DNA of 56,101 nucleotides from an uncultured Clostridia bacterium (GCA_937925475.1 CALEWH010000003.1:1-56101), one strand, 5' to 3'. Counted from the first letter of the stretch, positions 9,203 to 19,237 are shown. Numbers and translations are program-made. Notes: a model not told the origin generated them from the sequence alone.

Positions 9203-10255
9203 TTACATATATTTCATAGGGTTTTTAAGTCTGTCATCATTAATGTTTTCCATTATAATGCTCTTTTCGTCTCTTGCTATCTCATCTAGGATTGTGGCAA
9301 GCTGAGTGCAATATGGCACAACTATGTTGTTGGCTTTTGCTATCTCTGTCACGCGTTTTATTAGACAGTCAAGTTCGGTCGGACGATTGTTTTCAAGATT
9401 TCTTAGTACAGATGACACTGTATTGTGGTTTTGGTTGATAAGACGGCGGAACATACTAGATCTATAAAGCACACCACTTATACTATCTTCGACAAATTTG
9501 TAATAGTCAAATCCAAAATTGAATCCGCTTACTCTATGTCTAAGCATTGCTTCTGCGACAATAATTTCTTCTTTGATAAGATTGATATAAAGTCTTTTGC
9601 CTTCTTTTGTTTTTAGTATGTGCGCAAGGTTGTATCCAGTAAGAGCGCCTAGGCTTGAAGTAAGTGATGTAAGTATAAACTTGCTCCATATAAAATCAAG
9701 CATATCTTCTTCAACTATGGTGTTTGTGACATTATCCATAAGTTTTTTGACAATAGGTACAAACATTTTGGCTTTTGGATTAAGTACACCGATGTGGTTA
9801 TCGCCAGCGTGATTTACTATAACAAGCTTTCTATCGACATATCTAAATGCATTCCAGTCAACAACAAGGCTTACATACTTGCTACTTGGAATGACTGAGA
9901 AAAACTCTTCAAGATTAAGTACATTTTGGATACCAACCACAATACCATCTTCTTTCAAGTATTGCATAGTATCACTCAACGCGTCTTTTATTTTAAAGGA
10001 TTTTGTCATTACAAAGATAATGTCTTTGGGGGATGTAAACTTATTGCTAAGTACATAAGGCACAAGCACATTTTTCTCACCAAACGCACCACATATCTCG
10101 ACATTGATCATATTGTCGATCACAAGGTCTTCGTTTAGTTTTGTGGTCATTTCAACATCATAGCCAGCGTCAGTCAAAAACAATGATATTATTCGACCCA
10201 CTGAGCCCGAACCTACTACTCCTATTTTTAGTTTTCTTTCTGTTGTTTCAGCCAT
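9203..10255 (-). CDS. Ketopantoate reductase (ApbA/PanE) family oxidoreductase
   Basis: N-terminal Rossmann motif KIGVVGSGSVGRI. C-terminal ...RNLENNRPTELDCLIKRVTEIAKANNIVVP resembles the ApbA_C motif. Its ATG overlaps the tmk stop (TAATG). Confidence 0.6.
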   Translation of the reverse strand: MAETTERKLKIGVVGSGSVGRIISLFLTDAGYDVEMTTKLNEDLVIDNMINVEICGAFGEKNVLVPYVLSNKFTSPKDIIFVMTKSFKIKDALSDTMQYLKEDGIVVGIQNVLNLEEFFSVIPSSKYVSLVVDWNAFRYVDRKLVIVNHAGDNHIGVLNPKAKMFVPIVKKLMDNVTNTIVEEDMLDFIWSKFILTSLTSSLGALTGYNLAHILKTKEGKRLYINLIKEEIIVAEAMLRHRVSGFNFGFDYYKFVEDSISGVLYRSSMFRRLINQNHNTVSSVLRNLENNRPTELDCLIKRVTEIAKANNIVVPYCTQLATILDEIARDEKSIIMENINDDRLKNPMKYM

Positions 10256-10929
10256 TACAATCTTTCCTTTACATATTGATATATTTGCTCGTGAATATCT
10301 TCTATGCTACGAACTTTGCCGTCTTTAACACAGTTTACGAGCAAGTATCCGTCACGACTAGCAACTTCCAAGCACGCCCTAATGCTAGCCCTTTGATATA
10401 CAAGGTCTTTTTCTACATCGTCTGCTTCTTCGGCACGATTTTTTTGCAAAATCTCACGATATTCGAGTGGCATAAACAACATTATCTTAATGTCAGGTTT
10501 TGGAAGTCCCAACAAGTCATATTCGAGTTTTTCTATAAACTCATATTGTTTTTCTCTCAAAACATCGTCATCAATTTTGCTACATTGATGTACTTTATTG
10601 CTATCAACATATCTATCAAGTATAACACTTGTGCCCGAATCAAGTTTTGATGTGACCTTGTCTATATTGTAGAGTCTATCAGCAGCAAAGTACAGCGACG
10701 CAACTTTTCCGTTCATTTTGCCAGCGCCTTCGTCGAAATACGATTTTCCATATGCTGGTTTGCCAAGCATAGGACCTGCGATAATGCGACCAGTCGGAGT
10801 GTCGTACATAGGAAATTGCATCCGAAGTGTAGAAAAACCTTCACTATTTAGCCTTGTAAAAAGCAATTTGGTTTGGGTCTCTTTTCCGCTACAATCAGTA
10901 CCTTCAACAACTATCAACTTTCCTCGCAT
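10255..10929 (-). CDS. tmk: Thymidylate (dTMP) kinase
   Basis: P-loop KLIVVEGTDCSGKETQ, DRY-type motif LDRYVDSN, length 224 aa. Confidence 0.9.
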   Translation of the reverse strand: MRGKLIVVEGTDCSGKETQTKLLFTRLNSEGFSTLRMQFPMYDTPTGRIIAGPMLGKPAYGKSYFDEGAGKMNGKVASLYFAADRLYNIDKVTSKLDSGTSVILDRYVDSNKVHQCSKIDDDVLREKQYEFIEKLEYDLLGLPKPDIKIMLFMPLEYREILQKNRAEEADDVEKDLVYQRASIRACLEVASRDGYLLVNCVKDGKVRSIEDIHEQIYQYVKERL

Positions 10930-11022
10930 CTTAGCCTCCCATATCTATATTATTATATAACAAACTCGTTCTTTTTTACAAATTATTGTATACGACTTTT
11001 AAAAAAATATAGAGCATATGCT

Positions 11023-12786
11023 CTATATTAGTTTTTCCATTTCCTTTAACGCCCAATTAAGTTCGCCAAAGATAGTATCATATGGAGTGTCTGTAAGCAA
11101 ATCAACTCCTGTGCGTTTTAGTATCTCATTTGGATAGTCGCTATCGCCACTCTTCAAAAACTGCATATATTTGTCAGTTTTGCCCGCCAAAACATCATTG
11201 GCAATCGAGCAAGCACTAGTGATGCCTGTCGCATACTTAAACACATAATATGCTCTATAAAAATGACTTATTCGATACCATTTATAACCGTTTTCTTTAA
11301 TGCAAGTGACCTTATTTCCGGCGTATTTTTTATATAACTCATACCACTTGTCATTTAGCATATCTTTTGTTACGCTTTCGCCTTTGGAGATTTTTGTATG
11401 CAACCAGTATTCCCATTCGCTATACATAGTTTGATTGTACAAAGTACCAACGATAGTATTTACAAATCTATCAAGCACAAACATCTTCTCGCTTGATTTT
11501 GTACAAGTACTATACAAATATTTCATAAGCAAAACTTCATTGACTGTACTTGCTATCTCAGCTGTAAAAATGTCGTTGTCGCTAGTAGGATATGGTTGGT
11601 TTTCCATACTGTATTGGTGGTGCATAGCGTGGCCAAGTTCGTGAGCAAGTGTAAACATACAGTCTATTGTGCCCACATTATTAAGCATAATATATGAATG
11701 AACTCCATACACGCCCAAATTGTATCCACCTGTATCCTTGTTTGGAGTAGGATAAACATCTATCCAGTTGTTATCCATAGCATTTTTTATGCGTCTGACA
11801 TAATCTTCACCCATTGGCGCTAATGCTTTCAAAACAGTTTCTTTCATTGTTTCGTAGTCAAGTTTGCGTGTCCACTTGCCCATTGGCGCATTTAGGTCAT
11901 AGGTGTATAGTTTGTCATATCCCAAAACTTTTTTCTTTATCGCATTGTATTTGTGCAAGTATTTTAGGTTTTTATTAACATTGGCGATAAGATTTGTGAA
12001 TATTTCGCGTGGCAAATTGTCGCCATATAGCGCTTGTGACAATGTGTCACCATAATGGAAAATATCACTGTATGTTTCGTCCGCCTTGACGCTACTTGTA
12101 AGGGTCGCACAAATTGTATCACCTAGTGAGTTGTATCCGGCATACAATTTTTCAAACGCTTGTTTTCGGATTTCACGATTTGGATTTTGCAAATATCCTA
12201 TAAAATTGGCAGTGTTTAGTGGCAAGGTCTTTCCGCCTGCTTTTATGTCGTCAAACTTTACATCAACCACATCTATATTGTCAAATATCTTACTAAATCC
12301 GCTTGCAAAACTACTGACTTTGGACATAATAAGTTCTTCGCTCTCACTTAGAGTGTGTGCCCTGTGACGCTTGGTCTCCATCAAATCAAGTTTGTGCGAA
12401 GAAAAATCTTTGTCGGCCATGAGTTTGTCGAGATACTTGTCGGACAATGTGGCAAGTTCGCTATCCACCCACGCAAAAGTTTTGCTGACCTTTTCTTCCA
12501 AATATTCGACTTCATTAAACAACGCAACACTTGTGCTCTTGCTCATATCTTCGCTTCTAAGCAAATATGCATAACCCGCAATTTTTTCAAGCATCATTCC
12601 CATAGTGTCTTGATACTCGAAAAAGTCCAAAAGCACTTTGCGACTGTCCAACTTGCCTTTGTATTTTGGCGCATCTTTCAACATTTCTTCGACCTTATTC
12701 ATATCGGCTTTTAGGTCGGCGCCAGTCTTGTATATGTGGGTCAAATCCCATTTGTATTTGCTATCAATAGAACTGCGTTTTTTCAT
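11023..12786 (-). CDS. pepF: Oligoendopeptidase F (M3B metallopeptidase)
   Basis: 587 aa. Zinc motif HELGHAMHH. AGGAG SD upstream. Confidence 0.9.
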   Translation of the reverse strand: MKKRSSIDSKYKWDLTHIYKTGADLKADMNKVEEMLKDAPKYKGKLDSRKVLLDFFEYQDTMGMMLEKIAGYAYLLRSEDMSKSTSVALFNEVEYLEEKVSKTFAWVDSELATLSDKYLDKLMADKDFSSHKLDLMETKRHRAHTLSESEELIMSKVSSFASGFSKIFDNIDVVDVKFDDIKAGGKTLPLNTANFIGYLQNPNREIRKQAFEKLYAGYNSLGDTICATLTSSVKADETYSDIFHYGDTLSQALYGDNLPREIFTNLIANVNKNLKYLHKYNAIKKKVLGYDKLYTYDLNAPMGKWTRKLDYETMKETVLKALAPMGEDYVRRIKNAMDNNWIDVYPTPNKDTGGYNLGVYGVHSYIMLNNVGTIDCMFTLAHELGHAMHHQYSMENQPYPTSDNDIFTAEIASTVNEVLLMKYLYSTCTKSSEKMFVLDRFVNTIVGTLYNQTMYSEWEYWLHTKISKGESVTKDMLNDKWYELYKKYAGNKVTCIKENGYKWYRISHFYRAYYVFKYATGITSACSIANDVLAGKTDKYMQFLKSGDSDYPNEILKRTGVDLLTDTPYDTIFGELNWALKEMEKLI

Positions 12787-12799
12787 ACTTTTTATACTC

Positions 12800-13498
12800 C
12801 TAAATGTGCAATTTTTTACGACTTTCGTTTTTGATTATGCGATAGCCCAACAAAAGTGTGCCAAGTATCGCCATAATAGTGTAAAGCATATTGATTTGAT
12901 TTAAAATTTTGAAGTCGTCATATTTTCCCGCAACAAGCACGATTGACATAACCAGTGACAAAATATATATCGCCAAAAAACTAAGCAAAAACTGACTGCG
13001 ATGTTGTTTTCCGATAAGCGAAATCATAATCAAAACAGTAGTAGTCACAATCGCGACAGACGGCAAAACATAATCGATAAGCCATTTGCCACCGCCCGAA
13101 AGATTGTTGGACGAAACCAAAATAGCGATAATATTGAGCACTTGGAAAAGTATTTTTTCAAAAACACTGCGCTTGCTCAAAATGGTGTGGCTTACAAGCA
13201 CCCACACATAAAGCACGCTAAGTGCAACAAGCACGCTCCACGCACTGCCTTTTACTAAAACATTTATAAACACGCAAGTGCCAACGCACATAATACTCAA
13301 AAACAAAAACAATCTTGCAAGAAAATATGATTTTTTCTCATATGTTTCGTTTTTCTCACGATGTTTGTAATACGGAACACTCTCGACTTCGGCTTTTTTG
13401 TCCGAATTGACAGGAGTGACCGATTCGAGTTCGTTGTAACAAAGCGGGCAGTACTTGCCTGTTTCGACATCTACTTTACATATTGGACAATGTTTCAT
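12800..13498 (-). CDS. Zinc-ribbon plus multi-TM membrane protein (DUF6320-like)
   Basis: N-terminal CPICKVDVETGKYCPLC ribbon followed by about 5 hydrophobic segments. Start overlaps the upstream gene's stop by 4 nt; GGAGGAG SD upstream. Confidence 0.55.
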   Translation of the reverse strand: MKHCPICKVDVETGKYCPLCYNELESVTPVNSDKKAEVESVPYYKHREKNETYEKKSYFLARLFLFLSIMCVGTCVFINVLVKGSAWSVLVALSVLYVWVLVSHTILSKRSVFEKILFQVLNIIAILVSSNNLSGGGKWLIDYVLPSVAIVTTTVLIMISLIGKQHRSQFLLSFLAIYILSLVMSIVLVAGKYDDFKILNQINMLYTIMAILGTLLLGYRIIKNESRKKLHI

Positions 13499-14769
13499 AG
13501 TTTCTCCTCCCAGTAGTTGCTAAATAGTGTAACATCTACACCATTTGATGTAAGCATTCTGAAAAACTCGCGTTCGATTTTGTTTTCGACAAACGCACGA
13601 GAGAATGTAATATACAAGTTGTTGTTGTAACCTACGACCGCACAATGTGTTTTGCACGAAAAACTTGTGCCAAGATTAAACACAATATCCTTGACATATT
13701 TGCTCATACTTTCAGGCAGATTGACATATCCCAAATTGCTCATATTGGCTGTATGCAAATTGTCGCCAACATGTTTGTATGCAATTCGCATCGCAACATC
13801 TTTTACAAACAATGGCATTATCTTTAATATAAAGTTTTTCTCAACTTTAACATTGCTATATATTATTGCATCAAGTTTGTCTTTTTGTATTCCTTCGTGG
13901 AGTTGGGTCTTGCAAGTATCTACACACTCTTCAAATGTAATCTCGTTTTCCCAGTTGTGTGTAAGGCGGGCAAAAAGAGCAAAGTTTCGCATTGTTTCGC
14001 TTGGATAAACCTTGCGCATATTGACCGGCACCAATATGGATATGTTTTTATTTTTGACCTTTCTATTTTTGATGCACTCTTTATAAATGCAATACATATA
14101 TAGTGCACTTATATACTCACTTATTGTCGCATTGTATTTTTTGCAAAGAGTTTTCAAATTGTCGACACTGACCTTGCCAGTGATTATTCCACAGCCGTCA
14201 CTATCAAATGGTGTTCCGTCAGTCTTAAAAGCATTGACTTCTTTTTTGTTTTTGGTCTTTGGCTTGTGAAATTCGCGCAAAAATGTGTCTTCAACTTCAC
14301 CTTCGGTATGCGGTGAGTTTTCGCTAATAACTAGCCCTTCGGTCTTTATGTCAAATCCTTTAAGTTTGAGATACTCAGCAAGTAGAGCTTTGAAAAAGTT
14401 TAGACCGCCTGTGCCGTCACAAAGGCAGTGGAAAAAGCAAACTGTTATTTTGTCTTCGCGATACATCACCCTAAACAAATACTCGTTTGAATGGGTGTCG
14501 CCGATATAGCGCATAAAATATGCGTCTTCGGGCTCGACCTTAAACGGGCGATTGTTTTCTTCGAGATAATACCAAAAAACACCCCTTTTCAGACGCACCT
14601 TAAACATAGGAAATCTTTCAAACAGTGTATTTACTGCTTCGTTTAGGATCTCTGGATTAACTTTTTCAGTAAGACGAGCAGAAAGTGCAAACATTCCACC
14701 GCGCCTGCTACTACTAACTGGCGGATATATCTTTGCTGCATTGTCAAGTGGATACCAAGTTCGTTTCAT
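13495..14769 (-). CDS. Condensation/alcohol-acetyltransferase-like HxxxD acyltransferase
   Basis: WYPLDNAAKIYPP N-terminus and HCLCDGTGG (HxxxDG) motif. Start set to the ATG at 14769 (SD AAGAGGA) rather than the TTG at 14793. Confidence 0.55.
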   Translation of the reverse strand: MKRTWYPLDNAAKIYPPVSSSRRGGMFALSARLTEKVNPEILNEAVNTLFERFPMFKVRLKRGVFWYYLEENNRPFKVEPEDAYFMRYIGDTHSNEYLFRVMYREDKITVCFFHCLCDGTGGLNFFKALLAEYLKLKGFDIKTEGLVISENSPHTEGEVEDTFLREFHKPKTKNKKEVNAFKTDGTPFDSDGCGIITGKVSVDNLKTLCKKYNATISEYISALYMYCIYKECIKNRKVKNKNISILVPVNMRKVYPSETMRNFALFARLTHNWENEITFEECVDTCKTQLHEGIQKDKLDAIIYSNVKVEKNFILKIMPLFVKDVAMRIAYKHVGDNLHTANMSNLGYVNLPESMSKYVKDIVFNLGTSFSCKTHCAVVGYNNNLYITFSRAFVENKIEREFFRMLTSNGVDVTLFSNYWEEKL

Positions 14770-14918
14770 AATTCCTCTTTTTATTATGGACAAAAAAATG
14801 TCTTTTTTTCTTACTTTAATTCAAATCACACTTTTTGTAAATCTAAATAGTCCACATCATAGCCTACAATTTTAAAAAGTGCAGTAGAGTAAATAAAGCC
14901 ACTCTACTGAGAGTAGAA

Positions 14919-15794
14919 TCATACTCCCGTGCCATCAAAATGTGGGATTTGGTCAGTGCCTGTGCTTTCAAGTGATTGCATAAATCCGTCCTTAAAACCA
15001 AGACTAATAAAGTGAGTAATTACTCTTTTGTATTCGAGTGGACGAAGTTTGCGATTTATGTCAGGATAGTTTTTCGCATCAAAAAGCGGTGTGTATTGTC
15101 CCATTATTGACACAATAGTGTTCACTCCAAGATTGTCTTTTATCCAGTCCAAAACCTTGCACGAGTCATCAGTGTGATTTGGCAAAACCAAGTGTCGGAC
15201 AATTACGCCCTTTTTCATTATCCCATCTGTCTGCTCATCAACTGGTTGGTTTTTGCGCATTTGAAGGATTGCTGATGTGGCGACTTCAAAATAGTCACCT
15301 GCATCGGAGTACAATTTTGCTAGACTATCATCAGTGTATTTTAGATCTGTAAGATATATATCAACATAGTCTTTTAGTCGGATTATACTATCCACACTAT
15401 CATATCCATTTGTGTTGTAGACAATGGGGATATGTGGTCTATATATGTCCAGCGCTTCTATAATTTGATCGACATAAATAGACGGGCTAACAAGATTTAT
15501 GTTGTTTGCGCCTTGTTGTTCGAGTTCGTAAAAAATTTCGCTTAGGCGTTTTGCGTCAATATGCTTGCCCCAGTTTCCGTGGCTTATGCCATAGTTTTGG
15601 CAAAAAACACATCGCAAATTGCAACCACTAAAAAAGATTGTGCCACTTCCATTTGCGCCACTTATTATAGGCTCTTCGCCATAGTGCAAACTCGCTCGCG
15701 CAACCACTATGTCGTTATTGATTTTACAATATCCCTTGCCACTCTCACGCAATTTTCCACATTGGCGGGGACAGTTTTTGCATATTTTTGACAT
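14919..15794 (-). CDS. Radical SAM protein, PflX-like putative activase
   Basis: CNLRCVFCQN (CxxxCxxC) cluster motif and N-terminal Cys cluster CKNCPRQCG. Start set to the ATG at 15794, because 15811-15836 forms the terminator hairpin of the upstream gene. Confidence 0.75.
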   Translation of the reverse strand: MSKICKNCPRQCGKLRESGKGYCKINNDIVVARASLHYGEEPIISGANGSGTIFFSGCNLRCVFCQNYGISHGNWGKHIDAKRLSEIFYELEQQGANNINLVSPSIYVDQIIEALDIYRPHIPIVYNTNGYDSVDSIIRLKDYVDIYLTDLKYTDDSLAKLYSDAGDYFEVATSAILQMRKNQPVDEQTDGIMKKGVIVRHLVLPNHTDDSCKVLDWIKDNLGVNTIVSIMGQYTPLFDAKNYPDINRKLRPLEYKRVITHFISLGFKDGFMQSLESTGTDQIPHFDGTGV

Positions 15795-15846
15795 ACCTAT
15801 ATACACAAATATTCTCACTTTTTTGTGAGAATATTTTTACTTTTTA

Positions 15847-16830
15847 TTAATCTTCTTTTGTTTGCTTTTTCGACTTTTTTGTCTTTTTCTCTTTTTTAGA
15901 CTTTTTGTTTGACTCAGTTTCGTTTTGCTTTTTAAGTTTTGCTTCTTTTTTAAGGCGTTTTTTACGCTCTTTTGGACTTTCGATAGGCTCAATGTCTAGT
16001 CTTTCTTCCATTTTTGTAGGGTCGTCAAGTAGGCTTTTCCATAGACGCATTGATTTTAACATATAAAATCCGTCGGCATAACGCTCGTCTGTTGTGATGC
16101 CTAGTGTCATAACCTTGCCCACTTCAAGTTTTTCATCAGCATTTACGCAAGGCTCCAATTTTTCCTTGCCCATACTTACAAACATACCTGTTGTGCCAAA
16201 GTTGTAAAGGTGGTGGAAAATCCAGTCGCCCTTAATAGATTTTAGGTTGGTGAAATAAAAACTTGTATGAAATGGGCTGATGCCAATAAGTTTGTTTCCA
16301 AGAAGTCCATATCTATCAAGCAGTCTAATTAGTCCCACGCCAGTGCCCAACAAAAACGAAGGGATTGATGTGATTTTGCCCGCAGTCTTTGTCGAACCAT
16401 TTTCGCGGTCAGCGTCCGCCGATGCTTTTATCGCGCTGTCAAGTTTTTCTTTTACATCATAGATGTTTTCTTGACCTGTAAAACGAATCTTTGTAGTAAG
16501 TTCGGGCGCATCATCGGACAAACTTACTTTGGTCGAGATGGACATATATAGGCCGTTGCGTTGATAAATACGGCCATTTACAACAAAGCGATTAAGCCTT
16601 TGTCTTAGCGCATAAGTCCTGACCATACTTGCCACAACTACATGCATATAACTAAATCGCACGCCTTCTTTGTCGCTTTTTTCTCTTATCCATTTGTCAA
16701 TATTTTCTACCCTTATAGGCATAGTATTATAGTTCATAGCGTCATTTCTTGTACGCATAAGTTGGGGAATCATTTGGTCAATAGGGTCAAGACCTTTGAC
16801 TAAATATCCGTCTTTTCTAAATCCAAACAT
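15847..16830 (-). CDS. 2-oxoacid dehydrogenase E2 catalytic-domain-like (CAT-fold) acyltransferase lacking a lipoyl domain, with a Lys-rich tail
   Basis: TTDERYADGFY resembles the DHRxxDG catalytic motif of E2/CAT-fold enzymes. No lipoyl or E3-binding domain. C-terminal KKRLKKEAKLKKQ...KKSKKQTKED. Confidence 0.5.
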   Translation of the reverse strand: MFGFRKDGYLVKGLDPIDQMIPQLMRTRNDAMNYNTMPIRVENIDKWIREKSDKEGVRFSYMHVVVASMVRTYALRQRLNRFVVNGRIYQRNGLYMSISTKVSLSDDAPELTTKIRFTGQENIYDVKEKLDSAIKASADADRENGSTKTAGKITSIPSFLLGTGVGLIRLLDRYGLLGNKLIGISPFHTSFYFTNLKSIKGDWIFHHLYNFGTTGMFVSMGKEKLEPCVNADEKLEVGKVMTLGITTDERYADGFYMLKSMRLWKSLLDDPTKMEERLDIEPIESPKERKKRLKKEAKLKKQNETESNKKSKKEKKTKKSKKQTKED

Positions 16831-16953
16831 TGTTTACTTCCTTTATCTTTACTCTAAATTTTATTATACAACAATCTTTTTCAAATCAAAAATGAAAATT
16901 GTACATAATTGAAAAAGAACAAAAAAACACCACACAAATGGTGTTTTTGACCG

Positions 16954-17508
16954 CTAAAACTTGTCTGATTTTCTAGATGTAGAGTATTTTTCTAGCAAAG
17001 CATTAAATTCTTCGTTCCATTTTTCTTCACTTATGACGCCCTTATCTCTAAGTATGCGGAGTTTTTCGACTTCGTGTGCAAGCACGCTAAGTTTGGCAGT
17101 GCCACGATTTGCCCACACACTGCGATTTAGTCTTGTAGCGACCACAAGAGATATTGTCGCAGAAAATATATTGGCTGTAAACAAAAACTGAAATATCGCA
17201 ACATTGATAAGCACTCTCGAACTGCCCACAACAATGTAGTTGCGTTTTGCAAGCGACAACTGTATGTATGCCGAATATATGTTTAGAAAACACGCAAGCA
17301 ACATCTCGCCCACTACTACAAATCGCACAAAATCAAAGTCGTGTTTGTATGTCATATTTTTGATAAGGTTGTGCACAAAATCGTCAAATATTTTTTGAGC
17401 ATTAAAGAAATTAAAAAGTATGCAAAGACTGCCAAAAACTATAAGGCTTGCAAAGCAAATGCTAATAATTCCCGCAGTCCTAAGCCACACTTTATGCGAT
17501 TTTTGCAA
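16954..17508 (-). CDS. Multi-pass membrane protein with C-terminal SHOCT-like domain
   Basis: Four hydrophobic segments, then LRILRDKGVISEEKWNEEFNALL (SHOCT-like). Only a TTG start is available at 17508, 1 nt after the upstream stop, so the start is uncertain. Confidence 0.5.
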   Translation of the reverse strand: MQKSHKVWLRTAGIISICFASLIVFGSLCILFNFFNAQKIFDDFVHNLIKNMTYKHDFDFVRFVVVGEMLLACFLNIYSAYIQLSLAKRNYIVVGSSRVLINVAIFQFLFTANIFSATISLVVATRLNRSVWANRGTAKLSVLAHEVEKLRILRDKGVISEEKWNEEFNALLEKYSTSRKSDKF

Positions 17509-17509
17509 A

Positions 17510-18055
17510 CTAGCCTACGATGAGTTTGTTTAGAAGTTCGATATATTCTTCTTGGGTGATGGCTTTGTCTTTTTTAAGTTCTTTTATTTGCTCAATTTTG
17601 ATTTTCATTGTTTCTTTGTCGACTTTCTCTTCGACCTTAAAGCCATCGGCTTGGTTTTTGTCTACAAGCATGGCTATATAAGTAAGGATGCTTGGCACAA
17701 TACTTGCTAGTGTCAAAAGGTTTATTGTCGCAATAACCGCCATAAGCAATCTATGTTGCAATGGATTTCTGCCACTTCTTGATGCTTCTAGACTTATTAT
17801 CCCTGCTACAAAGTTTAGCGCGATAGCAACTGCCAAAAATATAAATATTCCCACAACCGCAAGTGTGATAAGTTTGTCACCTTGTTCGGCCGATGAGTAT
17901 CTATAAACATCTGTGCCTATGATTTGTATCTTCAACCACAAATATACAATATCAAAGCTTAGTGCAATCATAAGCAAAGTTATGCAGTACAAAAAACTCT
18001 TTACGATATTGATTACTCCACCTACTAAAAGTAGTGTATTTCTATTGTTTCTCAT
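17510..18055 (-). CDS. Multi-pass membrane protein with C-terminal SHOCT-like domain (paralogue of 16954-17508)
   Basis: Four hydrophobic segments, then IKELKKDKAITQEEYIELLNKLI. GGGAGA SD before the ATG. Confidence 0.55.
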   Translation of the reverse strand: MRNNRNTLLLVGGVINIVKSFLYCITLLMIALSFDIVYLWLKIQIIGTDVYRYSSAEQGDKLITLAVVGIFIFLAVAIALNFVAGIISLEASRSGRNPLQHRLLMAVIATINLLTLASIVPSILTYIAMLVDKNQADGFKVEEKVDKETMKIKIEQIKELKKDKAITQEEYIELLNKLIVG

Positions 18056-18118
18056 ATTTTTCTCCCAAAACTAATTATTATATTATACCAAGTTTTGCAC
18101 TATATTAAAAGTAAATTT

Positions 18119-18436
18119 TTACCTTCTAAAAGCATTTTCGCGGTTTATTTTTAGTATAACTTCAAAATCATCATCAGTCGCACTCACATTTGTGCTTTCA
18201 GCCCCACAACGCGTGCATTTATAATGAATGACACGACCTTTTTTCGATGTGTCTTCCACATACACTGGTCGCATAAGTCCCTTGCAGTCGTTTGCCCTAT
18301 CGCCCGGCATAACATCGACATGCAGTGAATACAGACAATATGGGCAGTGGTTTCGCGAAGTGTAACCAAGCGGGCTTACTGTTTTGCCACAATGTTGACA
18401 AACAAAGCCTTCGTCGCGTTTTGTAAATCTTTTCAT
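18119..18436 (-). CDS. RNHCP-domain zinc-ribbon protein
   Basis: Literal SRNHCPYCLYSLHVD motif plus CQHCGK and CTRCG Cys pairs. The ATG at 18436 lies 1 nt after the radC TGA, with GAGG upstream. Confidence 0.7.
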   Translation of the reverse strand: MKRFTKRDEGFVCQHCGKTVSPLGYTSRNHCPYCLYSLHVDVMPGDRANDCKGLMRPVYVEDTSKKGRVIHYKCTRCGAESTNVSATDDDFEVILKINRENAFRR

Positions 18437-18437
18437 A

Positions 18438-19202
18438 TCACGCCTCGTAGTGCGCATGGTCTTGCGCTATCATACTTGTACCCACATACTTACTGACTTC
18501 ATCGCGATATTCTTGGAGTTTGTGACTTATAAAATAACTATAATATCCGTCAGCGTTTATGATTATATGATCGAGCACCAATATGTCCATAATATCCATT
18601 GCACACACTAGCGCCTTTGTAAACCTATCATCTTCGGCAGACGGACGCGCCACTCCACCAGGGTGATTGTGTGTAACTATCACATTTGTAGCACCATAGT
18701 GTACTAGAAGTTCGGCAATCGAGCGGATAGAAACATTGTTCTTGTTGACAGTGCCTGTACCTATTTTCTTTGTAAACAAAAGGTGATTTTTGTTATCAAG
18801 TCCAATCACATACATCTCTTCGACAAGTTTGTTTTTCAAAAACCAACTCATATACAAGTATGCTTCGCGCGAGTTGTTGAGAGTGGTGACATTTTTGGCT
18901 TTTGAGTTTTGATAGTACAAAAACATATTTCGAAAATTTGCTAGATAGTGTGCCACAACCTCACCTATTCCGTCAGTTTCGGCAAGCGAAGTTTGATTTG
19001 CTTCGAGCACATTTGTGATATTGCCATACTTTTCAATAAGTCTATGTGCTATGACATTTGTGTCTTTTTGTGGCATAACAAAAGAGAGCATATACTCCAA
19101 AACTTGATGTTCGGGCATACCCTCCAATCCTTTTTTATCTACCATCGCTCTTAGTCTTTGACGATGTCCTTGATGTATGTTTTTCTTCTCAGTATTTTCC
19201 AC
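18438..19202 (-). CDS. radC: RadC-like JAB/MPN domain protein
   Basis: HQGHRQRLR N-terminus, helix-hairpin-helix-like GIGEVVAHYL, JAB motif THNHPGG. Only a GTG start at 19202 covers the conserved N-terminus. Confidence 0.8.
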   Translation of the reverse strand: MENTEKKNIHQGHRQRLRAMVDKKGLEGMPEHQVLEYMLSFVMPQKDTNVIAHRLIEKYGNITNVLEANQTSLAETDGIGEVVAHYLANFRNMFLYYQNSKAKNVTTLNNSREAYLYMSWFLKNKLVEEMYVIGLDNKNHLLFTKKIGTGTVNKNNVSIRSIAELLVHYGATNVIVTHNHPGGVARPSAEDDRFTKALVCAMDIMDILVLDHIIINADGYYSYFISHKLQEYRDEVSKYVGTSMIAQDHAHYEA

Positions 19203-19208
19203 ACTAAT

Positions 19209-19237
19209 ATTTTACAACAAATTTGAAGTTATGACAA
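19209..19237 (-). promoter_or_regulatory. Sigma-A-type promoter abutting the radC start codon
   Basis: On the minus strand: TTGTCA (19237-19232), 17-nt spacer, TAAAAT (19214-19209), then 6 nt, then the GTG at 19202. Confidence 0.45.
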
